Assembly (NCBI GenBank): GCA_963675295.2 | Contig: CAXXKJ010000002.1 | Location: 3,584,001 to 3,648,000 of the forward strand | Reading direction: 5' to 3' | DNA length: 64,000 bases | Source of the DNA: a bacterium | Lineage (GTDB): Bacteria; Electryoneota; Electryoneia; Electryoneales; Electryoneaceae | Shown: positions 19,314-28,609 of the stretch, piece by piece | Layout of the letters: each line of letters begins with the position of its first letter | How positions within the stretch are numbered: the first letter of the stretch is position 1 | Made by a program: the position numbers and the translations under genes | Notes under the pieces: model-generated | Told to the model about the DNA's origin: nothing | The model's database searches: none | Seen by the model: the letters and a program-made list of their open reading frames with translations, nothing else

Positions 19314-20219
19314 ATCGACGTTCTACGTCAGTCCCTCATCAAATCCTACCTGTGGTGCCCTGCCAGCTTCAAGTACCGTTACATCGATCAAACCCCTTCA
19401 GCCTTCCGGTCAGTGGCTGCACTGCATGGCCGTGTGCTACACCAGCTGATCGAAGAAATGCACCTGGTCCACTGGGATCTGGACATTGCGAAGCGGTATC
19501 GCGAACGGTTCGATCACGAGGAATTCAGTGGGGATGAATCGGATACACCCGTTTTCTATAAGGAAGAGCGGGATGCGACCTTGTCCAGCCTGGTCGAAGA
19601 AGCGGTGCGGATGCTCGGCAACTACAGGGACAAAGACTACAACCATGATGCCGACGTCATCCTGTCCGAAACCACGTTCATGCTGAAGGTGGGACGAAAC
19701 GTCTTCAGCGGAACGGTTGATCAGATTCGCCGTGATGGCGATAGTTGGCAGCTACTGGACTTCAAGTCATCCAAGTTTCCGCCGAACCAGCAGTTCCTCG
19801 ACCTGGACTACCAGCTTGGTCTGTACGCACTCGCCTGCTGGCGTGGTGTGTTCAAGATGCCTGACGGCACGATGAGAATGCTGGAAATCCCGCCTGAAAA
19901 GCTGGACATCGTGTACTACCAGCTGCGGGATCACATCCCCTACAAGCGCAATAGCAACGGGTTTGTCGCCGGTGATGAACGTGGTGATCCCCGTCGTTTC
20001 ACCAGTCGAAGTCGCAAGCAGTTGGTTACCCTGAAGCGTGATCTGGCTGCGATTGCCAGCAACATCAACCGAGGTGTGTTTCCACGAAATCCGGGGATGA
20101 TTAACTGTCCGGCTTGTGCCTTCATGGACATCTGCTTGTCAGATGCACAGGGAGCTGGTCTGTCATCCCGGCAGGTACGATCCATCGAATCCTTGACCAT
20201 AACGGGAGAAGCTGCATGA
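19314..20219 (+). CDS. PD-(D/E)XK nuclease of Cas4/AddB/RecB type with four-Cys Fe-S staple; probable ATC start
   Basis: SLIKSYLWCPASFKYRYID upstream of the ORF-track start; GRVLH, SGTVDQI, LLDFKSS, YQLGLY, CPACAFMDIC. Confidence 0.85.
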   Translation: MDVLRQSLIKSYLWCPASFKYRYIDQTPSAFRSVAALHGRVLHQLIEEMHLVHWDLDIAKRYRERFDHEEFSGDESDTPVFYKEERDATLSSLVEEAVRMLGNYRDKDYNHDADVILSETTFMLKVGRNVFSGTVDQIRRDGDSWQLLDFKSSKFPPNQQFLDLDYQLGLYALACWRGVFKMPDGTMRMLEIPPEKLDIVYYQLRDHIPYKRNSNGFVAGDERGDPRRFTSRSRKQLVTLKRDLAAIASNINRGVFPRNPGMINCPACAFMDICLSDAQGAGLSSRQVRSIESLTITGEAA

Positions 20220-20965
20220 CACAACAAAACACAAAAACACGAAACGGTACACCTGCACGACGAAAGCCTGGTTCTGATGAATCAGGCGTTGTTGTCCTGG
20301 ATGCCATTAGCCAACTGGATAGTATCGACATCGAATCCGAAGTTGAAGCGATGATGGAAAACATCCCGCCATCATTGGTACGTGTCCGCATCGACCACAG
20401 TCCGTCTGGTCGGCATCGCATGTTCATCGACAATGGTGAATCCTACGACGAACTCCAGGAAGATCAGGTTGATGTACCGGACAACGTCTTTAGCGGGATT
20501 GTCGTGTTCAGTCAGACAGTCAGCGCGTTGTGGGTAGAAGGTGAACAGATCCCACGCTACAGTGCCATAGACGGAAAGATCACCAGCGGGGACGGTTCAC
20601 TGCACCTGGCTTCACAGGCCAAGGACAAAGTGCGCCTGTTCGTTTTGACGTACCTGGAAACAAAGCCACAGTTGGTGGTTTTCAACCTGTCGCCGACCAG
20701 CATAAAACACTGGCGGAATCACCTGCAACGCCTTGCCCGTTCGAAGGCACCAGCCATCGCTGTCATCACACGGTTCAGCTTGTCCGACGTTCAACGCAAC
20801 GGCTACCGATGGGCAGAGGTGAACTGCAGCATTGACCGTGTCGTGACGCAGCAGGAACTGGATGTTGCCATGCAGCTTCGCGAGGAATGCCGTCAGGCGT
20901 TTGGCGTGATCCAGGAGCAGGATTTCGATGATCCTGGCGACCGTGTAGCCGGGGAGGATAACTGA
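20216..20965 (+). CDS. Hypothetical protein, possibly phage-type ssDNA-binding/annealing protein
   Basis: ATGA-coupled to the nuclease; beta-rich core (RLFVL...FNLSPTSIKHW) and acidic tail DFDDPGDRVAGEDN; function is inference. Confidence 0.6.
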   Translation: MTQQNTKTRNGTPARRKPGSDESGVVVLDAISQLDSIDIESEVEAMMENIPPSLVRVRIDHSPSGRHRMFIDNGESYDELQEDQVDVPDNVFSGIVVFSQTVSALWVEGEQIPRYSAIDGKITSGDGSLHLASQAKDKVRLFVLTYLETKPQLVVFNLSPTSIKHWRNHLQRLARSKAPAIAVITRFSLSDVQRNGYRWAEVNCSIDRVVTQQELDVAMQLREECRQAFGVIQEQDFDDPGDRVAGEDN

Positions 20966-21066
20966 TGATACTGGCACGACTCCCCTGGCGTGAAATCGGG
21001 AAGGGTGTGGAAGCAGCCCTTGAAGGTGCGTCCGTCCTGATGAAATGGATCAAGTCGAAGTGGTGA
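20965..21066 (+). CDS. 33-aa amphipathic peptide MILARLPWREIGKGVEAALEGASVLMKWIKSKW
   Basis: TGATG overlap with the upstream stop, GGGGAGGA RBS, followed by a terminator. Confidence 0.55.
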   Translation: MILARLPWREIGKGVEAALEGASVLMKWIKSKW

Positions 21067-21072
21067 ACAAAC

Positions 21073-21102
21073 AAGGGGGGCGATTACGTGTCGTCCCCTT
21101 TT
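21073..21102 (+). terminator. Rho-independent terminator
   Basis: AAGGGGGGCGA-loop-TCGTCCCCTTTT between convergent genes. Confidence 0.65.
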
Positions 21103-21134
21103 AGCCTATCGGAAGATCACCTTGCGGATCGGGC

Positions 21135-22973
21135 TCAGCGGACTAGCATCACCTTCTGGGTGGCGTTCAATTCGCCCGGCACGGTTGCGCGGACGAAGTA
21201 CAGACCGCTCGCCACGTGAGATCCGTCAAACGTAAACGTATGCTCTCCGGCGGAATATTGACCGTTCGCCAGCTCTGCAACCTTCTGCCCAGTTACGTTG
21301 TACACGTTCACCTTAATGTTCGCAACCTCAGGTAACGTGACAGAAACACTCGTTGCTGCGTTAAACGGGTTAGGATGCGTTGATAGTGAGAAACCACCCG
21401 GCCTCGCTGGATCACTGAACGAATCCAGTGAGGGCTCCGGTCCGGATGCTCTACTGAATTCAGGTGCCGATGAGGTCTCAAACCAGTCACAGGATGGTAT
21501 GGAATAGGCAAAATCAGCCGCATCTGCGCCCTGTCCCTGCTTTTCAAACTGGAACGAGTCGCCGATGATGTCAAGTTGGTCCGGATCGCCGAAGTGGACG
21601 GTGAAGGTGTATGTGCCCGGCGGTGCGGCGGGTGGGATGTACTGCTGGATCGTGTCGGCTTCGTAGACCTGGTCCGGCTGGAAGACACGCCGCATCGACC
21701 AGACGGTGGACTCGTTGCCGCCGGGGAAGGTGACCGTTGACCACACACGCAGATAGCGTGGATTCGCCATGTTGTTCAGCAGCGCGCCGTGGTAGGTGAT
21801 GAAGCCGCCGTTCGCGGGGACGTCGGTCTGCAACGCGTCCAGCCCGATCTCGATACGGCGGCTGATGAACGGGTTAACGAACCAGCGCACTTCCTGGTTC
21901 AGGATGTCCATGTCGCCGTCACCGTCGATGTCAGCAGCTTTCAACTGAGTGTACAGGTTGTCATTGTTTTCAGCATAATTCCGGATGATGAAATGCAAGT
22001 TATCGCCCACATTGAACAACAGTTGGTTACCAACAGCAAGGTCCATGTGTCCATCGTTGTTCAGATCTAGCGGGACAAAAGCTGGAATATTGCCATAGTA
22101 ATCGTCCCAGAGTTCATGAATTGTCACAGTGGAACCATCCTCATTCTCAAACCAGAGCAAGCGAATGCCGTCCTGATCAGTACCAAAGAAGAAGTTAAGA
22201 CAGACGAGAAAATCCACATCACCATCATAATCAAAATCCACTGCAATTGGTGGACGAAAAGATCGATTCCGGCCATCATCGATCAGGGGAACTTCCGTAA
22301 ATGTCTGATCAGGGTTAGCTAGGAACATCAGAAGTCTGTTGACTTGAACCGCCGCAAAATCCAACAATCCGTCCTCATTGAAATCGGTAAGGGTTGATAG
22401 ACGGAATCCACTACTACTCGATGGATGATCCTGTACTGTGAAATTGCCGCTTCCGTCGTTGATCCAAATCGAAAATCCAGGTTCGTTTATCCCGGTGCCG
22501 GCAATAAAATCGTTGTCGCCGTCACCGTCAAGATCACCAGCTGAAACATCACCACCCAGGTAGTTGGCAAATCCCTGGACCTGGGCGGCCAGAATGTGTG
22601 TTACGAATTGTGACTCTCCCTGAAATTCGATCCAACCAACCACATCACCCTCACCGTCCGTACCGGTGAAGAGGAAATCCAGGTCACCGTCCATATCCAG
22701 ATCGACGAAGCGGCCATCGTGACCTGTCGACACATCTGGTGACGGATTGTAGTCCAAAAATTCCCATTCTCCGGGGTATTGGTTGTAGCTAAGCTTCAAC
22801 GAACCTAAGAATACAGCGACATCAAAATCAGAGTCTCTGTCAAGATCACTGATGTCAAAGGGACCATGACCATCACCTTGCCAGCTTGGGAGTATTACTG
22901 TTTCCCATAGTTCTGCCTTAACTTGAACAATTCCAATAAGTAAGGCTAGAGTCACTGTAACTAAGATTTTCAT
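21135..22973 (-). CDS. Secreted FG-GAP/VCBS beta-propeller protein with T9SS-like C-terminal domain
   Basis: Signal peptide; repeated DxDxDGDxD; HPNPFN...ASGLYFVRATVPG. Confidence 0.88.
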   Translation of the reverse strand: MKILVTVTLALLIGIVQVKAELWETVILPSWQGDGHGPFDISDLDRDSDFDVAVFLGSLKLSYNQYPGEWEFLDYNPSPDVSTGHDGRFVDLDMDGDLDFLFTGTDGEGDVVGWIEFQGESQFVTHILAAQVQGFANYLGGDVSAGDLDGDGDNDFIAGTGINEPGFSIWINDGSGNFTVQDHPSSSSGFRLSTLTDFNEDGLLDFAAVQVNRLLMFLANPDQTFTEVPLIDDGRNRSFRPPIAVDFDYDGDVDFLVCLNFFFGTDQDGIRLLWFENEDGSTVTIHELWDDYYGNIPAFVPLDLNNDGHMDLAVGNQLLFNVGDNLHFIIRNYAENNDNLYTQLKAADIDGDGDMDILNQEVRWFVNPFISRRIEIGLDALQTDVPANGGFITYHGALLNNMANPRYLRVWSTVTFPGGNESTVWSMRRVFQPDQVYEADTIQQYIPPAAPPGTYTFTVHFGDPDQLDIIGDSFQFEKQGQGADAADFAYSIPSCDWFETSSAPEFSRASGPEPSLDSFSDPARPGGFSLSTHPNPFNAATSVSVTLPEVANIKVNVYNVTGQKVAELANGQYSAGEHTFTFDGSHVASGLYFVRATVPGELNATQKVMLVR

Positions 22974-23084
22974 AATTCCTCCAAAAAACCTTGCATCGCT
23001 GCTACTTTCTAGTCTAGTTTACAAAAAAAAAGCAGAAACAACTTCTGCACGTTGGCAATTGCTTGATGACTCTTGGAGGCAATA

Positions 23085-23579
23085 ATGAGGCTAATTTCAC
23101 TTTCTGATGTAGCTACTTATAATGATACAGATGACATCTATTTTCTGACAGAAAGCAATCTAAATTCTATTAATAGTGAACCGGGTTGGTTGTATGTAGA
23201 CATTCCTGTCCACATTGGAGAAAATTTAGAGGATGAAGGCCAAGATGATAGCCTTTACTTGGTTGAATTGGACGATTCGATTCAAATTCTGTTTCAACAG
23301 GACGGTAGTTTTATTCTTAGAACAAATACTTTGGTTGTAAGCGAATTGGTAGTAAATAGTTCAATTATGACACCTCGTGCTGTTACTACATATGATGATG
23401 ACTATCCTGGGGGATTTTTCAGATTCCAAAGTGATCCTAGTAATCTATATGACAGCCAAGTGATTATCCAAGGTAATGTTTCTATTGATGTGACTTGGTT
23501 TGGTTTACCTAATACAGCGGATAATAATGCTTGGCTATTGCGTAAGGCGATCCTAGCCGCTTCTTCAAACGATGACCGC
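23085..23579 (+). pseudogene. IS-truncated gene, possibly the N-terminus of a tailspike/pectate-lyase-like beta-helix protein
   Basis: GGAGG RBS plus ATG; AT-rich; IDVTWFG...DNNAWLLRKAI motif; frame runs into the IS end. Confidence 0.5.
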
Positions 23580-23588
23580 TGTATGTCT

Positions 23589-24629
23589 TCAAAGCCTTTG
23601 GGACAGAAGCTTAGTTATGGTTCCGGTCTTTTCAGTGTAGTGGTTTTCTCGTGTTGATCTCAAGTTTTGTCGTCTTCTTTCCTGCAGTGTTTTCCGTTTG
23701 ATCTCCTCGCGTTTGGTTTGAATTTCGTGGTAGCGGCCGCTGTACATGTCGGCCGGTGTGATGTTGTCCAGCGATTCGTGGACACGTTCGTGGTTGTACC
23801 AAGTGACGAAGGCATCGATCTGATGTCGTAAGTCGTCCGGGAACCAGTAGTTCTGCAGCTTGATAAGGTTCTTCATCGTGCGGTGGTAGCGTTCGATCTT
23901 ACCCTGTGTCATCGGGTGATACGGCTTGCCGCGCGTATGGTCCATCTTCTGATCTGACAGGTACTTCGCCAGTTCTTTCGACACATAGCACGGCCCGTTG
24001 TCCGACAGCAGCCGGGGACGGTGACGCACGGTCACCTGGTCGATTCCGGCATGTTCAAGTGCCAGATCGAGGGTTTCCTTCACGTCATCCGCTGACATGG
24101 TCGTAAACAGCTTCCACGACAGGATGTAGCGGCTGTAATCGTCCATCACCGTCGACAGGTAATACCACCCCCAGCCGACCACCCGGAAGTACGTGAAATC
24201 CGTCTGCCACAGCTCGTTGATCCGGCGGGTCGGATTCTTGAATTTATCCGCCGCCTTCAGCACGATGTAATTCGGGCTGGCAATCAAATCATACGACTTA
24301 AGTATCCGGTATACACTGGATTCCGAGATGTACCAGCCGTGCTCGTCGGTAATGTGCCAGGCCAGTTCACGGGGTGTCTTGTCCGGATGGTCCAGCGCCA
24401 GGTCACGCACCCGTTTCTTCTCCTGATCCGGGATCTTGTTCCAGAACTGGCGCACGACGGGCTTCCGATCGACCAGACCGTCAAAGCCATCATCCACGTA
24501 CTGGCTATACCAGCGATAGAACGTGCTGCGCGGGATGTCCAACTGCTCCAGCGTGCGTTTCACACCCAGATCGGACTGCTCCACCAGACGGATGATTTCC
24601 AGCTTCTCTGAAGCGCTGTGTCGCATCAT
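23589..24629 (-). CDS. IS3-family transposase OrfB (DDE)
   Basis: WQTDFTY, DDYSR, SDNG, GKIERYHRT. Confidence 0.93.
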   Translation of the reverse strand: MMRHSASEKLEIIRLVEQSDLGVKRTLEQLDIPRSTFYRWYSQYVDDGFDGLVDRKPVVRQFWNKIPDQEKKRVRDLALDHPDKTPRELAWHITDEHGWYISESSVYRILKSYDLIASPNYIVLKAADKFKNPTRRINELWQTDFTYFRVVGWGWYYLSTVMDDYSRYILSWKLFTTMSADDVKETLDLALEHAGIDQVTVRHRPRLLSDNGPCYVSKELAKYLSDQKMDHTRGKPYHPMTQGKIERYHRTMKNLIKLQNYWFPDDLRHQIDAFVTWYNHERVHESLDNITPADMYSGRYHEIQTKREEIKRKTLQERRRQNLRSTRENHYTEKTGTITKLLSQRL

Positions 24630-24997
24630 TCGTCCGGGTCGATACCCTGATCGATGCAGCTTTTTTTTAGGTACTGATTCTGCAGATACAGATCCGAAAC
24701 ACCACGCCGAAGCTCTTCGTTTTCACGTTTCAGCTGCTTCACTTCGTCGCTGCTGGCTTCACGTTTCGTGTCGCCCTGCAGACGCTTCTTCCCGGCTTCC
24801 AGAAATTCCTTCGACCAGCTATAATACTGATTTGCGTGAATCTCTTCGATCCGGCACAGCTCGGCGATGCTCATCTCGCCACGCAGACCTTCCAGCACGA
24901 TGCGGATCTTCTCTTCGGACGAAAACTTCCGGCGGGTACGACGCTTCACTTCGCGTACGGCTTCTTCGGATGGCGACTTCTTTGGCCTTGGGCTCAT
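24626..24997 (-). CDS. IS3-family transposase OrfA (HTH)
   Basis: RRKFSSEEKIRIVLEGL...SIAELCR...YYSW plus leucine-zipper-like tail. Confidence 0.9.
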   Translation of the reverse strand: MSPRPKKSPSEEAVREVKRRTRRKFSSEEKIRIVLEGLRGEMSIAELCRIEEIHANQYYSWSKEFLEAGKKRLQGDTKREASSDEVKQLKRENEELRRGVSDLYLQNQYLKKSCIDQGIDPDE

Positions 24998-25083
24998 GAC
25001 TGACCTCCTCATTCGTCAATCTAAGACCAAAACCATAACTAACTACAGACCTACAAATGTCCCACTTCCTCTGACGTCAGACA

Positions 25084-25461
25084 GTGATGGAGTACCCATG
25101 ATTGACCGCTCCCATCAACATTTTCCCACCAGGATATTTCAAATGCAAAATCAGCTGCGCCTACCACGTCCGTGTCGCCATCGCCATCCATATCGATTGC
25201 GTATATGCTGAACGCTGAGCCAAAGTCGGCATCAATAATGTGTTCCGTGAAGTTCTGCGCACCATCATTTTCCCACCATCCGACCGCATTTGCTGTGTTT
25301 GCAGCACCAACTACATCTACATCACCGTCGCCATCGATGTCTGTGGCATACACATCAAATGCGCCATCGAATCCCTGCGCGATGGTGTGATCTTCCCAAG
25401 TGATAATCGCCGAAGCGACCAATGGGAAAAGGATGGTCAGGACAACTGTCAGCGTACGCAT
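25084..25461 (-). pseudogene. FG-GAP repeat secreted protein truncated by the IS
   Basis: Signal peptide and 2 FG-GAP repeats paralogous to 25486-27291, then frame enters the IS IR. Confidence 0.8.
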
Positions 25462-25485
25462 GTTTCCCCCATAGTATCTTAAGAT

Positions 25486-27291
25486 CTACTTCAGCAACAT
25501 AGCTTTTTGGACAATGGCAGCCTGGTCTTTTGTCGTCGCACGAATCAGGTACAGCCCGGAAGCTTGACCTTCGGCGTTGAATGTCAGCTGATGCAAACCG
25601 GCTGTGAACTGACCGTCCGCGAGCACAGCGACTTGCTGACCCACGATGTTGAAGACTTCAACCTTCAGGTCTGCGGATCTTGGCAGGATCACCGTGATCG
25701 ATGTGGACGGATTGAACGGATTGGGGTAAGCCCCACTGACACGGAATTCCGTGGGAATCAGCTCCACAGGAATCTCCTCGGCGATCTCCCAGATCACTCG
25801 CCCATCCCAACTGTTATCGATGGATCCCGGATCAGCGCCTTCCTTCATGAATTCGAACGAATCGCTAATGTTTATACCGCCTGGATAACCCACGTACCCG
25901 ACGAATTCATAGCCGCCAGCTGGTGCAAAACCAGGTATGCTCTGGGTAAACCCCGTTCCTGTGTAATCCATGAACGGAAGTAACGTGAAGATGTGTTGGT
26001 GTGGAGGTGAAACGATATCGCCGTCAGGAAGAATTACATTCGTCCAGTAGTAGACTCCCGGATAGGTATTCGGTAACGTGCTTACCAGATGTGCGTCGTA
26101 GACAAGTGTTCCACCTTCAGCGGGGATTGTTGCTGATGATGTCAGCGTAAGGGTGAGTTGAACCGGATACGGTACTTGCTCCCACCATGTGATCGAATTT
26201 TCAAACTGGGCAGCCCCGACAACGTCTGGATCACCATCCTGGTCCAAATCGGTCGCAACTACGCAACGGGCACCGTTGAAATTACCATCGATCGTATGTT
26301 TGACCCAGTTCTGACTATCACCATCTAAATCTTCCCACCAAGTGATGTCGTCTGCGAACGCCGCTGCGCCCAGCACATCAATATCACCATCGCCATCTAT
26401 GTCTTCCGCTGTGACAGACCAGGCCCCGTTGTAATTGCCATCAACTGTGTGTTTTTCCCACAAGCTGCCATCACCGTTGACGTTCTTCCACCAGGCGATT
26501 TCGTCAGCCTGATATGCTGCACCAAGCACATCAAGATACCCGTCCAGATCGACATCCGTTGTATGAATGAAATACGCCCCAGTGAATTCAGCATTGACAA
26601 CGTGTCCAGACCAGGTGATGCCATCACCATCAACGTTTTCCCACCAAGACAATTCACTTGCGAGGGACGCTGACCCAAGTATGTCAAGATCGCCGTCCAA
26701 GTCTACGTCCGCAGCAATGGCGCAATTGGCGCCGTCAAATCCAGTAGCAACGTTGTGTGGAATCCAAGACTGACCATCGCCTTCAACGTTTTCGTACCAT
26801 TTGATCTCATCCCCGACCCAAGCTGCACCGATCACGTCCTGATCCCCATCCCCATCAATATCAGCTGCCCGTGCTGATTCGGCGTTGACCAGATTTGTTT
26901 CGATGGAATGCTTTACCCAGCTCGTGCCCATCCCATCTAGATTTTCCCACCAGGCTATTTCGTTCAAAGCGTCTGCAGATGCGACTATGTCAATGTCACC
27001 GTCACCGTCGATATCGGCTGCATCTGGACTTGTGGCACCTGTGAATGCTGTATCTATTGTACAAGGGGACCACTCCAAGCCTGACCCGTCGAGATTGCTG
27101 TACCAGACCACATCATTACCGTAATAGGCTGTTCCGATTACGTCGAGTGTTCCATCGGAATTCACATCAGCAACGCAGACTTCAAACGCCCCTTCCAATC
27201 CTGCATCGATGATATGATCTTCCCACATCACCTGGCCCATGGAGGCAACGGGGAGCGACAAGAGGATGAGAATGAACATATACGTGCGCAT
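25486..27291 (-). CDS. Secreted FG-GAP repeat protein with T9SS-like C-terminal domain
   Basis: Seven DIDGDGD...WWEN-type repeats; YPNPFN...ASGLYL...KAMLLK. Confidence 0.9.
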   Translation of the reverse strand: MRTYMFILILLSLPVASMGQVMWEDHIIDAGLEGAFEVCVADVNSDGTLDVIGTAYYGNDVVWYSNLDGSGLEWSPCTIDTAFTGATSPDAADIDGDGDIDIVASADALNEIAWWENLDGMGTSWVKHSIETNLVNAESARAADIDGDGDQDVIGAAWVGDEIKWYENVEGDGQSWIPHNVATGFDGANCAIAADVDLDGDLDILGSASLASELSWWENVDGDGITWSGHVVNAEFTGAYFIHTTDVDLDGYLDVLGAAYQADEIAWWKNVNGDGSLWEKHTVDGNYNGAWSVTAEDIDGDGDIDVLGAAAFADDITWWEDLDGDSQNWVKHTIDGNFNGARCVVATDLDQDGDPDVVGAAQFENSITWWEQVPYPVQLTLTLTSSATIPAEGGTLVYDAHLVSTLPNTYPGVYYWTNVILPDGDIVSPPHQHIFTLLPFMDYTGTGFTQSIPGFAPAGGYEFVGYVGYPGGINISDSFEFMKEGADPGSIDNSWDGRVIWEIAEEIPVELIPTEFRVSGAYPNPFNPSTSITVILPRSADLKVEVFNIVGQQVAVLADGQFTAGLHQLTFNAEGQASGLYLIRATTKDQAAIVQKAMLLK

Positions 27292-27458
27292 GGTAAATCC
27301 CCCTACGAGACGAGCAATTTGTCAACGTTGACGTAGAAGATAATGCACCCGGTTAGAAATATCATCAATTCAGCGGATATTTATGGATTGGGACTTGCTC
27401 CCGGAGACCATCGAAAAAAGCTGTGGAAAGTGGTGTAGAAACTGGGGTGGTGTGGACA

Positions 27459-27704
27459 TCACCCAGTATTCCGCCGATTCTGCCACAGCTCTTCCAGCAG
27501 CGCCTCCACCTGCTTCTCCTGAAACGCCGTTGATCCGGGCGTGTAGGACGCGTGTGCACCAGGCAAATCTTCTGCATACGCAGGTTCGATACGCGCTTTT
27601 TCTTCGTTGTTTTTCTTGAATTTAGAAATCTGGATTCCCAGTGCGCGTAGCAAACGTGCGCGTTCTTTTTGTTGTTGTTTTGTGTCGCCGAAATCCAGTC
27701 TCAT
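27459..27704 (-). CDS. Hypothetical 81-aa protein
   Basis: ATGA overlap with the upstream ORF and GGAGG RBS. Confidence 0.55.
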   Translation of the reverse strand: MRLDFGDTKQQQKERARLLRALGIQISKFKKNNEEKARIEPAYAEDLPGAHASYTPGSTAFQEKQVEALLEELWQNRRNTG

Positions 27705-28207
27705 AGCGCCTCCACCAGTTCATCCAGAAATCCCAGTGCGAGGTCTCGCAGCAAAGCAACGTTCAGTGCCCGGCGTATCTGCGGTAGATTTATCGAGTAC
27801 CGCACCTTCAGATATTGCCCGTCCAGTTTCGTGAGAGCCAGCACGTGAAACTGGTACTCCTGGTCGGGCTGGTTCTGCACGAAAAACCAGCTGATATAAA
27901 ACTGGTGCTGATCGTACTTCAGTATCTGGAGGTTCAGTAGCTTGACGAAATAGCGGTACTCGTCTTCGGAATCCAGGATTTCGTTCACACAGGAGAAGTA
28001 GTGTGGTAGGATGTCTGGCGTATCATCCGCACCCGCGTATTCGCAGATGTTCGCATGGCACCGGTGTCCGTCGTCGTAATGAATTTCAATTCCAGTAGAT
28101 GGGTCGGCGTATTCGGTTCGACCCTGGTATGACAGACTTGCGATATCCAACGGTAGGGGAATATCGGTGCCAGGCAGATGGGGTTGTTGTTTTTTGTTTT
28201 CTTGCAT
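27701..28207 (-). CDS. Hypothetical 168-aa protein
   Basis: AAAGGA RBS before MQENKK; the longer ORF-track start runs through non-coding-looking repeats. Confidence 0.6.
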   Translation of the reverse strand: MQENKKQQPHLPGTDIPLPLDIASLSYQGRTEYADPSTGIEIHYDDGHRCHANICEYAGADDTPDILPHYFSCVNEILDSEDEYRYFVKLLNLQILKYDQHQFYISWFFVQNQPDQEYQFHVLALTKLDGQYLKVRYSINLPQIRRALNVALLRDLALGFLDELVEAL

Positions 28208-28609
28208 TGGTATTCCTTTTGATAGATTTGTTTTGTTTTTTGTGTTGTGCCACCCCACCCCCAGCTGATCCCATCCTGATACTGCTAGTGCGAGTTCGCG
28301 ACGCGCGAGCGCGGCGCAGCGAAACAACACAACAAAACAAGTTGTGAAAATCAACCTTTCGCAGAATCGGTACCCCGGTGGAAAATACCGGATCGAGGAA
28401 ATACGGCTAAGATCTAGTACCTGTGGAGCCCCGGGGCCGAACGCGTAACTATATATTATTACCAGAATTTTTCGCAGGGGCACATAGGGCGGTTTGACCG
28501 GCACTTTCCATAAAATTCCCTTTAAATCCCTACGTATACGAAGTTACAGAACAAGGCGCCTGATCCGACCCAAGCGCCCCAACACAACAACAAACAAAAC
28601 AGCGTATCG

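Larger units (their letters stand above)
23580..25083 (-). mobile_element. IS3-family insertion sequence (~1504 bp)
   Basis: Imperfect TG...CA terminal IRs (TGTATGTCTTCAAAGCCTTTGGGACA / TGTCTGACGTCAGAGGAAGTGGGACA), orfA/orfB, A8G slippery run at ~24660-24668. Confidence 0.9.

Noticed and set aside
19314-20219. Cas4 as part of a CRISPR-Cas system or casposon
   Set aside because: No cas1/cas2, array or PolB in the window; solo Cas4-like nucleases are common in mobile elements
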